Shown here in pieces: positions 17,140-25,384 of a DNA stretch of 26,470 nucleotides. The notes below the pieces were generated by a model that saw only the letters and a list, made by a program, of their open reading frames with translations, made no database searches and was not told the DNA's origin. Origin of the DNA: Pseudomonadota bacterium (GTDB lineage: Bacteria > Bdellovibrionota_B > Oligoflexia > Oligoflexales > RGVZ01); NCBI GenBank assembly GCA_041178085.1, contig JBEGVZ010000001.1:1-26470 (forward strand). Reading direction: 5' to 3'. The translations under genes and the position numbers were made by a program. The stretch's first letter is position 1. Every line of letters begins with the position of its first letter.

Positions 17140-17511
17140 ATGCACAAACCTTTTTTTCTGGCTGCTGGTTGGTTTTTTGTTTGTGTTGGCATTATCGGGA
17201 TTTTCCTGCCTTTGCTCCCGACAACCCCTTTTCTGCTGCTGGCCGCATGGTGTTTTGGCAAGAGCAGTGAGCGCGTCCACTCCTGGTTGATGAATCATCC
17301 GAGGCTTGGTCCACCGGTGCGGGACTGGCAGGATCATGGTGTGATCAATCAAAACGCGAAATGGTTGGCGACGGCCATGATGGTGGCTGCCATGTCGTTT
17401 CCGCTTCTGATCGTAAAGGTGCCCCAATGGGCTCGCTGGACTTCGGCCATCACCATGGCCTGCGTCCTGACTTTCATCTGGAGCCGCCCCTCTAAACCAC
17501 GTTCCAGCTAA
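17140..17511 (+). CDS. YbaN/DUF454 family inner membrane protein
   Basis: GIIGIFLPLLPTTPFLLLAAWCF..SSER.H.WL..HP signature; likely ATG 17140. Confidence 0.92.
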   Translation: MHKPFFLAAGWFFVCVGIIGIFLPLLPTTPFLLLAAWCFGKSSERVHSWLMNHPRLGPPVRDWQDHGVINQNAKWLATAMMVAAMSFPLLIVKVPQWARWTSAITMACVLTFIWSRPSKPRSS

Positions 17512-18106
17512 TTTTGCGGGACGTCAGTTCTTCCTTGAGTTGCGCCGTGTTGCGGTAATGGATCCCAGGGATTCCGTTCCTGAGGGCGGCGTCGATGTTT
17601 TCCTTCACGTCGTCAATAAAAAGGCATTTCCCGGCAGGACACATGGCGGCTTTTACCGCGCGCTGATAGATGCGGTCGTCAGGCTTGCATGCACCCACCT
17701 GATAAGAAAGGACCAGCTCGTCAAAAAGCTGCGGAAAGTCGTAGCGGGCGCGGATGTATTCAAAGTGGTCTTCGTTGACGTTTGAAAGCAGGACCAGCCG
17801 GTAGCCTGCCGATTTGATGCCGGCGGCAAGGTTCACCATGTCGGGCTTGGGCCAAAATATGTCACAGGCCGCGTCGACCACCTTGCTGGTGTCCAGCTTG
17901 CAACCCAGTCCGGCCTCCATCCCCGCGATCAAATCATCACGGGAGATCTGGCCGGCTTCATAGCGCATTTCCAGGCCGCTGGAAAAAAGGACGTCGAATA
18001 TTTGACTGGCAGGCTTCCCGCAAAAAGCGCTGATTTGCTCACAGGCTTTTTCGTGGCTAAAGTTGATGAGTACATTACCCATGTCAAAGATCACGGTGCT
18101 GGTCAT
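17492..18106 (-). CDS. HAD-superfamily phosphatase (YihX-like)
   Basis: Motif I VIFDMGNVL, motif II LLSN, motif III KPD..IY, motif IV FIDD..ENI. Confidence 0.92.
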   Translation of the reverse strand: MTSTVIFDMGNVLINFSHEKACEQISAFCGKPASQIFDVLFSSGLEMRYEAGQISRDDLIAGMEAGLGCKLDTSKVVDAACDIFWPKPDMVNLAAGIKSAGYRLVLLSNVNEDHFEYIRARYDFPQLFDELVLSYQVGACKPDDRIYQRAVKAAMCPAGKCLFIDDVKENIDAALRNGIPGIHYRNTAQLKEELTSRKISWNVV

Positions 18107-19766
18107 GCGAAGCAAGTCCCACAAGAAGGTCAGACAAAAGGCCCATTCGACTTCACGGGACACACGTTACCGCGCTTCGGTCGTCGTTTGCCACAATGAA
18201 TCCCTGCTCACTGTGCGTTTGCGGGATCCGGTCAGCGGAATTGTGCGAAACTTCCTCCCCGGAGGTGCGGTGGAGGCCAGTGAATCCGCGCCCGATGCTG
18301 CCACACGGGAGTGTCTGGAGGAAACGGGTCATCAGGTCAGGATCGACCCGGAATCCAATTTGCGAAAGTCTTACCTGTTCCATTGGGCCGGTCTTGATGT
18401 GCCTTGTGTCACAGAATTCTTCCGTGCCTACCTGGCCAGGCCCTTTGCTGCACCCGCCAAGATCTCCGATGACCCCGAATTGAATCTCGGGCTTGAATGG
18501 GTTCCTTTGTCGAAAGTAACGGAGGTTCTGGGCTTTCACCGGGAAATCCTTGATGGTGTTGAGTGCATTTTGAGCCAACCTCCGAAACGGGTGTTGTGTG
18601 CATTTTCTGCATTCAAGGGAACCTTGTCGGCGCGGGATGCTTGCGATGCTGCGGTACAAGCCATCCAGTCCGCCGGACATGTCGCAAGTAGCTTGCCGAT
18701 TGCTGACGGTGGGCGTGGCTCGATGGATTTCTGGCAGGCGATTGCAGCAAAGTCAGGCGCCCAGCTAACGTTGTTGGATATCCGGGTGCAAGACCCGATT
18801 GGCCGTGAGGTATCCGCAAGGGTTGCCATGCGAAGGTCAAAAGCAGAGGCAACGCTCTTCATCGAATCCGCTGATTGTCTTGGGATGCACCTCGTGGGCG
18901 CACCTGAACCAGCCACTGCAATGATCGCAAACAGTTACGGTTTCGGGATGTTGCTGCGAGACCTTGCGTGTCGTTTTCCTGCAGGAACCCGCTGCGTGGT
19001 CGGGCTTGGTGATTCCGCTGTGAGTGATTGTGGGGCCGGGATGTTGCAGGCGCTCGGTTTTGGCTTGCGGCTCAAGTCCGGCGAAGTGCTTGATGCTTCG
19101 CAATTCAATACCGGACTGCTACGTGACATCGCTGCGATCGTCCCACCACCTGCCGGCTCCCCTGAATTCCGTGACTTGAAAGCATTGCGGCGATTTCAAT
19201 GGACCGTATTGTGTGATGTCTTGAATCCCTTGTGTGGGCCAAAGGGGGCCATGAGGGTTTTCTCCCCGCAAAAGGGTGCGCTGCCTGAACAGGTCAACCT
19301 GCTGGCGGCCGGGGCGCGAAACGTGGCGAAGTTGTTTGCCAATTCGGGTGCGAATCGTGACTGGGCGAAGTTGGAATCCGGCGGCGCATCCGGGGGCGTC
19401 GCTGCCGCGATGGCCTGGGCTTTGCGTGCCCGCTTGAAGCCAGGAGCACGCTGGTTTCTGGATGTCATGAAGTTTCGCACGTTCCTGAAAGATCAGGACA
19501 TTTTCTTCACTGGTGAGGGATCTTCTGACGCCCAGTCCCCTGCCGGGAAGGCCCCGTTTGTGTTCTTGTCAGCAGCGCAGGCTAAGGGTCTAACAACATG
19601 CCTCGTATCTGGCAGGGTGCAGCTTTCTGCGTGGCCGCGCAAGATGCGCGGCGAGCTTGCGATTGCCCGTGCCTGTGGCCTTGAGCCAGATGCAAGGACA
19701 GCCTTGTGCCATGCGACTTATGCCAGCCTGGTGGAGATCATCACTGGCCAAGCCAGTGGCGAATGA
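18105..19766 (+). CDS. Nudix hydrolase - glycerate kinase (GlxK family) fusion protein
   Basis: Nudix box GGAVEASESAPDAATRECLEETG (18261-18329). From ~18585 glycerate-kinase motifs follow: FKGTLSA, PIADGG, CDVLNPLCGPKGA..VFSPQKGA, TGEG..D.QS..GKAP. Confidence 0.85.
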   Translation: MRSKSHKKVRQKAHSTSRDTRYRASVVVCHNESLLTVRLRDPVSGIVRNFLPGGAVEASESAPDAATRECLEETGHQVRIDPESNLRKSYLFHWAGLDVPCVTEFFRAYLARPFAAPAKISDDPELNLGLEWVPLSKVTEVLGFHREILDGVECILSQPPKRVLCAFSAFKGTLSARDACDAAVQAIQSAGHVASSLPIADGGRGSMDFWQAIAAKSGAQLTLLDIRVQDPIGREVSARVAMRRSKAEATLFIESADCLGMHLVGAPEPATAMIANSYGFGMLLRDLACRFPAGTRCVVGLGDSAVSDCGAGMLQALGFGLRLKSGEVLDASQFNTGLLRDIAAIVPPPAGSPEFRDLKALRRFQWTVLCDVLNPLCGPKGAMRVFSPQKGALPEQVNLLAAGARNVAKLFANSGANRDWAKLESGGASGGVAAAMAWALRARLKPGARWFLDVMKFRTFLKDQDIFFTGEGSSDAQSPAGKAPFVFLSAAQAKGLTTCLVSGRVQLSAWPRKMRGELAIARACGLEPDARTALCHATYASLVEIITGQASGE

Positions 19767-19826
19767 AACACCGTCATGGATTTCGTGGATCCGCATTCCG
19801 CTTCAATATCAAACCAGCGATTGACA

Positions 19827-21026
19827 TCAAGGAACCGCCGGATGCGTCAGGCCGTCCTTGAAGCCCCGCCATACAACCAGCGATGCCAAGAGCGCGATCA
19901 CAGCGCCGGTGGTAAAGGCCGCTTGTGAGCTGAATGTCTGGAAAATCCAGCCGAACATCAGGCTTGCTGGAAGCGCAGCCATGCCAATGATGAAGTGAAA
20001 CAATCCGAACGCCGTACCCCGCAAATGGGCCGGTGAAAGGCTTGCAACCAATGCCCGTTCCGCGGGCTCGGTAAAGCCGAAGTGAAAGCCATACAGGGCG
20101 AAAATGACAATCATGAGCACCGGATCGTCCACCCAGCCGAACCCTGTGTAAATGAGCGCGTACCAAAGCCATCCACAAAGCATCAGTGAACGGGGATTGT
20201 AGCGGTCGGCTAGTTTGCCGCCCTGCCAGGTTGCAAACACCTTGACCGCATGCAGCCCAGCCCAGAAAAGAGCGGCGGAGCTGACGGGAACCCCGCTCTG
20301 GTGCAACCTCAGCAGGATGAAGGCGTCCGTGGAGTTGCCGATGCTAAAAACAAAAAGCGCTACGAGGAAAATCTTCAACTTGTCTGGAATCAGCCGCCAA
20401 TCAGCGGCAAGCGTCTTGAATGTGAGGCTGCCGGTGACCGTCCGTCCAGCGCCTTCTCGCGCTGGTTCCTTGACCATGGAAACCAGGACCACAATGGAAA
20501 TCACGGAAGGTATTGCCGCAATCAGGAAGACATCACGGAAACCAAGATGGAAGACGCCGGTCAGCACGGCTGCCGCCAGTGGTCCGACCACGGCGCCGAT
20601 GTGATCCAGGGCCCGGTGAAGTCCATACGCAGTCCCGCGGACGTCTTCTGGCGTCGAATCAGCGAGCAGCGCATCGCGCGGTGCGGAGCGGATACCCTTG
20701 CCGACACGATCGCAAAACCGGATCACCAGAACGGCTGGCCATGAATGAGCAAAAGCCACCAATGGACGGACGACGCCGGCAATGGTGTAACCAAGCACGA
20801 CGAGTGGCTTGCGCCGGTCCATGCGGTCTGCAATTGAACCAGAGATCACCTTCACCAGGGATGAAGTCGACTCAGCGACCCCTTCAATCAAACCGAGTGC
20901 GGCTGGCGACGCGCCGAGCACCTGGGTCAGGAAAGCGGGGAGTAGCGGATAGATCATTTCGGACGACATGTCAGTCAGCATGCTGATGACGCCGAGCGCG
21001 ACAACGATGGATGGGATCCGATTCAT
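19827..21026 (-). CDS. MFS transporter
   Basis: About 12 hydrophobic segments; DMSSEMIYPLLP, GSIADRMDRRK and DRVGKGIRSAPRDALLADS motifs; ATG 21026 overlaps the mrp stop (ATGA). Confidence 0.93.
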   Translation of the reverse strand: MNRIPSIVVALGVISMLTDMSSEMIYPLLPAFLTQVLGASPAALGLIEGVAESTSSLVKVISGSIADRMDRRKPLVVLGYTIAGVVRPLVAFAHSWPAVLVIRFCDRVGKGIRSAPRDALLADSTPEDVRGTAYGLHRALDHIGAVVGPLAAAVLTGVFHLGFRDVFLIAAIPSVISIVVLVSMVKEPAREGAGRTVTGSLTFKTLAADWRLIPDKLKIFLVALFVFSIGNSTDAFILLRLHQSGVPVSSAALFWAGLHAVKVFATWQGGKLADRYNPRSLMLCGWLWYALIYTGFGWVDDPVLMIVIFALYGFHFGFTEPAERALVASLSPAHLRGTAFGLFHFIIGMAALPASLMFGWIFQTFSSQAAFTTGAVIALLASLVVWRGFKDGLTHPAVP

Positions 21027-22123
21027 GGCAATGATGCTTGCACTGCACCTGCCAGTTGAAGCCATGGTGAACTTATTGACGGATCCTGGGAGCGTGCTGC
21101 AGGGGTACCCTGGTCGCTCCGGAGCCTGATCTCCTTGCGCAAGGGAATCCTTGCCAGGAGCGACAATTCATTTTCGATCTGGAATGCCTGGAAAGCCTCG
21201 TGACCAAAGATGTGTTCCTCGTGTCCGCAAGCCGGACAGTGGAACATGGCCATGTTCTCCACGGCACCAAGCACCGGGACATCAAGTTTGCGGAACATGG
21301 CGAGCGCTTTGCGTGCGTCAATGAGTGCGACATCTTGCGGCGTGGTGACGATGATGGCACCGGCGACCGGCAGTCGTTCGACGAAAGTCAGCTGGACATC
21401 GCCGGTACCGGGCGGCAGGTCCACTACCAGGTAATCAAGTTCGCCCCAGTCGACGTCGTAAAAAAATTGCTCCAGGGCCTTGCTGACCATCGGTCCGCGC
21501 CAGATGACCGGTTGTGCGGGGTCGGTCAGGAAGCCAAAGGAAACCACCTTTACCCCGTGCCCCTCCAGCGGGAGGAGTTTTCTTCCTGCTGTGACTGGCA
21601 TTGCTCCTGCCAGGCCGAGCAGCATCTGTGCGGATGGACCGTACACGTCGGCATCCAGCAAGCCCACGCGGAATTCCTGTGCAAGTGCTACCGCCAGATT
21701 TGCGCTTACGGTGCTTTTTCCAACGCCCCCTTTGCCTGACGCAACCAGCACCACATGTTTCACGCCGGGGATTGGCTTCAAGGATCTCTGGATACCGAAC
21801 GGACCTTGTTTTTTCCCCGTTACCGGTGAGGGGCCCCCGGTGGATGCCGGGTCCTGTGTGCCTTTTTGTTTTCTGAAATAGATGACCGGCGGCCACAGCG
21901 CAGGGTCGACTTTTCCTTCCAGGGGGCCGCCCGGCGCGGAGGCTTCGCTGAGCGCATGGATCACTGCGCGTTCGATGGCAATTTTGTTATCGAGGTTCAG
22001 CCCGCTTGAATCAAATACGGCACGCACACCGTCGAAGCCACAGAACCGTCCAGCCTCATTGCCCGACCGGGTCAATGCGTCGATGATCACGGCGCTGGAA
22101 ATTTGTACAACTTCGGCATTCAT
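21023..22123 (-). CDS. mrp: Mrp/NBP35 (ApbC) iron-sulfur cluster carrier ATPase
   Basis: VASGKGGVGKST, DADVYGPS, VIWRGPMV, DLPPGTGD, TTPQ and ENM..F.CPACG motifs. Confidence 0.95.
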   Translation of the reverse strand: MNAEVVQISSAVIIDALTRSGNEAGRFCGFDGVRAVFDSSGLNLDNKIAIERAVIHALSEASAPGGPLEGKVDPALWPPVIYFRKQKGTQDPASTGGPSPVTGKKQGPFGIQRSLKPIPGVKHVVLVASGKGGVGKSTVSANLAVALAQEFRVGLLDADVYGPSAQMLLGLAGAMPVTAGRKLLPLEGHGVKVVSFGFLTDPAQPVIWRGPMVSKALEQFFYDVDWGELDYLVVDLPPGTGDVQLTFVERLPVAGAIIVTTPQDVALIDARKALAMFRKLDVPVLGAVENMAMFHCPACGHEEHIFGHEAFQAFQIENELSLLARIPLRKEIRLRSDQGTPAARSQDPSISSPWLQLAGAVQASLP

Positions 22124-22178
22124 CAAATGTGTGCAGTTCCGGTTGTTTCAGAGGCCAAACCCGGGATTACCAGCTGTT

Positions 22179-23591
22179 TCACCGGGCGGCAAGCGGGCGG
22201 CGTTCGTCCCACCAGCTACGGGCCCTCTGGTAAAGGCTGGCAAAAGTTTGCCCCGCAGGTGCCAGCAGGCCGTCCTGGCTGGTTCCGGCGGATTGTGACA
22301 AGTGCCCGATAACCTTGCGAATATTATCTGACTCAAGCCGTTCCAGGGTCAGCACCAGGTAGAGGCTTTGCCGGTAGATCGATGCCGCGGCAGCTGAGCC
22401 GTAGCTCAGGTAGGAGTGTTGGAAATCTCCCTCAGGTGCGAAGCCTGGTGGTTTGATCGGAAAATGAAAGGCAGCGCCTGCGCTCATTTCGCCAAGACGC
22501 TGGGCCAGTCCTTCCTCAAGCCACGGGGGAAGGGGCCGTCCACCGGTCATGCTCGAATTCATCGCGTGAACAAGTTCGTGGCGCAGGACTGCACGAAAAA
22601 CTTCTGGACGTGATCCCGCACGAACGGGAATGCGCATACGCCCGTCGAAGATGCCCTCCGCCCAGTCGGGAATTCCACCTAGCACCCAGTTGAAGCGGTT
22701 GCTCGGGTAAAGAACCACTTCCACCGGCGCGCGTGGCTCTTTGTAGCCTGCCTTTTCGATCAGTTCGTCAAGGCCCTGTTCGAGGATTTCACCGGCAGTT
22801 GCGACCAGGGCGTCATGTTCTCCGGAACGGTAGGAAATGTTGAAATGAGGTGTGCGCAGCGTTTGTTGCAGGGCACCCTCACCAGCCCTGCGCCTCATGG
22901 TATCAAGTCTTTTGCTGACTTGTTCATTACCGGGACCGGCGTCTTCCAGAAACTGTACGGCTTCCACGAATCGGCCATCCGTTTCAAAAAGATCGACCAG
23001 CAGTAAGCGGGACTCCAGATCTGAAGGTTTGACGCGTAAGGCTTCCCTGAGGTTTTCCTCTGCCCCCGCAAGCAGTCCTGATTTTTTCAGGCAATAGCCC
23101 AGTCCACGTCGTATGTCTCCGGCGAGCGCATCGTTTTGCGATGGAGCGCTCGTCTGGCCCATGGCAGCGAGCGCGTGACGCAGTTGTTCGATCGCGCGGT
23201 CGCAGTCCCCTGCTGCCAGTGTCGCCCAGCCAAGGCTTGCCAGCACAACAGGGCGCTGCCCGGTGAGCCAGGATTTCAAGGCTTGCGATGCATCAGGCCG
23301 CTGTAATGCCTCGTCGATGAGTTTGATCGCACCGGCGTAATCGCCCGTGGCGAAACGGACGCGTACTTGACGCGCCAGATCTCTTTCCGTCGCGCTGTCA
23401 AATCCTGGTTCCTGGTCGGCGTCTGACTGGTCTTCACGGTTCGCACTTGCGTCAGTTTTTTGTTCCTGGATGCTGGCAGGTGACTGTGTGTCCTTGCCAA
23501 AAATCAGTCCGCGTTGGTTTAGAAACAAGGCGATAGCCGCCATGCCTACCGCGAAAAATCCCGCCAGGTACGCAGACTGTCGCCAATTCAT
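22179..23591 (-). CDS. Membrane-anchored TPR protein with peptidase MA-like (HExxH) domain
   Basis: N-terminal TM segment; TPR-like helices; WAEGIFDGRMRIP, LRHELVHA and PPWLEEGLA gluzincin-type motifs; ATGA overlap with the glutaredoxin stop. Confidence 0.85.
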   Translation of the reverse strand: MNWRQSAYLAGFFAVGMAAIALFLNQRGLIFGKDTQSPASIQEQKTDASANREDQSDADQEPGFDSATERDLARQVRVRFATGDYAGAIKLIDEALQRPDASQALKSWLTGQRPVVLASLGWATLAAGDCDRAIEQLRHALAAMGQTSAPSQNDALAGDIRRGLGYCLKKSGLLAGAEENLREALRVKPSDLESRLLLVDLFETDGRFVEAVQFLEDAGPGNEQVSKRLDTMRRRAGEGALQQTLRTPHFNISYRSGEHDALVATAGEILEQGLDELIEKAGYKEPRAPVEVVLYPSNRFNWVLGGIPDWAEGIFDGRMRIPVRAGSRPEVFRAVLRHELVHAMNSSMTGGRPLPPWLEEGLAQRLGEMSAGAAFHFPIKPPGFAPEGDFQHSYLSYGSAAAASIYRQSLYLVLTLERLESDNIRKVIGHLSQSAGTSQDGLLAPAGQTFASLYQRARSWWDERRPLAAR

Positions 23592-23875
23592 CCCAAATGG
23601 TCTTTCAATTTCCCGGAATCATGCAGCGCCTTCAAGTCGGTGAAGCCGCCGACAAAGTAGTCGCCGATGAAGATCATGGGCACTGTACGCCAGCCGTTGT
23701 TTTCTCGACTCAGACGCATCCGGAGTTCCGGATCCTCATCCAGGTTGATTTCCGCGAAGGACAGTCCCAGCGTTTTCAGCAAGTTCTTTGCGCTGACGCA
23801 GTAAGGACAGTAAGTCGTGACATAGACTTTAATTGGCTTGCTCGTGGAATTTCCGGGCGAAACGTTGGTCCCCAT
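23588..23875 (-). CDS. grxC: Glutaredoxin 3 (GrxC-like)
   Basis: CPYC active site; RTVPMIFI and GGFTDL motifs; ATG 23875 with upstream AAGGA. Confidence 0.92.
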   Translation of the reverse strand: MGTNVSPGNSTSKPIKVYVTTYCPYCVSAKNLLKTLGLSFAEINLDEDPELRMRLSRENNGWRTVPMIFIGDYFVGGFTDLKALHDSGKLKDHLG

Positions 23876-23894
23876 AGGCAATCGTTTTCCTTCG

Positions 23895-24353
23895 TTATTG
23901 ACGCAAGGCCCGGGCCATTTCCCGGTTGGCCGACTTGGTCTTTTCACTCTGACGCTTGTCGTGGGCTTTCTTGCCCTTCGCAAGAGCGATCTCAACCTTG
24001 ACCAGGCCGTTCTTGAAATAGACTTTCACCGGTACCACGGTCAGGCCTTTTGTTTCTGTCTGTTGGGCGATCTTATTGATTTCCGCGCGTGACAAGAGCA
24101 GTTTCCGGGGGCGTTTTTCGGGATGGTTCATGATGTTGCCGTGACTGTAGGGGCTGATTTGGACTTCCCGCAGCCAGGCCTCCCCGAGGTGGTCAATATC
24201 AACCCAACCATCCGATATGTTTACTTTTCCTGCGCGCAGGGATTTAACTTCGGTGCCCTGCAAGACAATGCCCGCCTCGAACTTGGCACCCAGCTCATAT
24301 TCGTGGCTGGCTTTACGGTTGGTGATAACGATTTTAATACCTTGAGCGGCCAT
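23895..24353 (-). CDS. smpB: SsrA-binding protein SmpB
   Basis: NRKASHEY, EAGIVLQGTEVKSLR, RKLLL and GKKAHDKR motifs; likely ATG 24353. Confidence 0.97.
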   Translation of the reverse strand: MAAQGIKIVITNRKASHEYELGAKFEAGIVLQGTEVKSLRAGKVNISDGWVDIDHLGEAWLREVQISPYSHGNIMNHPEKRPRKLLLSRAEINKIAQQTETKGLTVVPVKVYFKNGLVKVEIALAKGKKAHDKRQSEKTKSANREMARALRQ

Positions 24354-24378
24354 AGTGGTGGTAGAGCGTATCCGAGTC

Positions 24379-25380
24379 ATGGAAACCCGGCAACCAACAT
24401 CCCAGCAAGACTTTCAAGCCGCTGGTCAGCCCGCTGCGCGCGCCCACTTCCGGACCCTTGGTCCGGCCATCGAAAACGAGGGTCAGGGGGAACGCCTGGA
24501 TGCATACGTATCCCGGAAGTTCCCTTTTCTGACGCGGGGCGGATGGCAGAACAGGATCTTTTCCGGGTGCCTCAGGGTCAACGAAAGGATTGCTCCACCT
24601 GCTTATAAACTTGAACGTGGGGATCGCCTGACCTTCTTTCATCCGCCGGCGGCTGAGCCCGAAGTCGATCGTGGAATCCGTGAAATTTGGCGCGATGGTG
24701 GCGTCATGGCAGTCTTCAAGCCTGGTAACCTGCCCATGCACGAAAATGGTCCGTACCGCTTCAATACGTTTTCCCACCTCGTGCGCGAGGCATTTGGCGA
24801 AGAATGGGCGGCACTGCATAGACTTGATCGCGAGACGAGCGGCATCGTCCTTTGTGGCGCCACGCCCGCAGCACGCAATCGCCTGTCGGCGGACTGGGCG
24901 GCGCGCCGGGTCAAAAAAGAATACCTGGCGATCGTGAACGGGGTCACTGTGGCGGACGCATGGACTGCAGATGGACCGGTTGGTGATCTTGCGACTTCAG
25001 CGATCCGGATCAAGAAGTGGGTCGTAGCTGGTGGTCTGGATGCCATCACGAATTTTACGACGCTCGACCGTTCCGCAGGGCATAGCCTTCTGCGTGCGGC
25101 CCCTGAAACCGGTCGCACAAACCAGATCCGCATCCACGCGGCCCACGCCGGGCATCACCTGGTGGGTGACAAGTTGTACCACCCTGACGAGCAGGTCTTC
25201 CTTGATTACTTTGAAGACGGAAACACGGAAGACGTTCAGCGTCGTGCAGGATTTCACCGGCTTTGCCTGCATGCTTCAAAGCTTGTCTTCAGCCATCCGG
25301 AACATGGCAGGACGATTGAGGTGGAAGCCGCGCTTCCTGACGACATGGCCAGGCTGTGGAGCGTCCTTCAAGGCAATTAA
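24379..25380 (+). CDS. RluA-family (RluC/D-like) pseudouridine synthase with S4 domain
   Basis: ERLDAYV S4 start; KPGNLPMH, HRLDRETSG, TGRTNQIRIH and LCLHA motifs. Confidence 0.94.
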   Translation: METRQPTSQQDFQAAGQPAARAHFRTLGPAIENEGQGERLDAYVSRKFPFLTRGGWQNRIFSGCLRVNERIAPPAYKLERGDRLTFFHPPAAEPEVDRGIREIWRDGGVMAVFKPGNLPMHENGPYRFNTFSHLVREAFGEEWAALHRLDRETSGIVLCGATPAARNRLSADWAARRVKKEYLAIVNGVTVADAWTADGPVGDLATSAIRIKKWVVAGGLDAITNFTTLDRSAGHSLLRAAPETGRTNQIRIHAAHAGHHLVGDKLYHPDEQVFLDYFEDGNTEDVQRRAGFHRLCLHASKLVFSHPEHGRTIEVEAALPDDMARLWSVLQGN

Positions 25381-25384
25381 AACC

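Noticed and set aside
23876..23995. 40-aa N-terminal extension of glutaredoxin
   Set aside because: It overlaps the smpB 3' end in another frame; ATG 23875 gives a typical GrxC length with an RBS.
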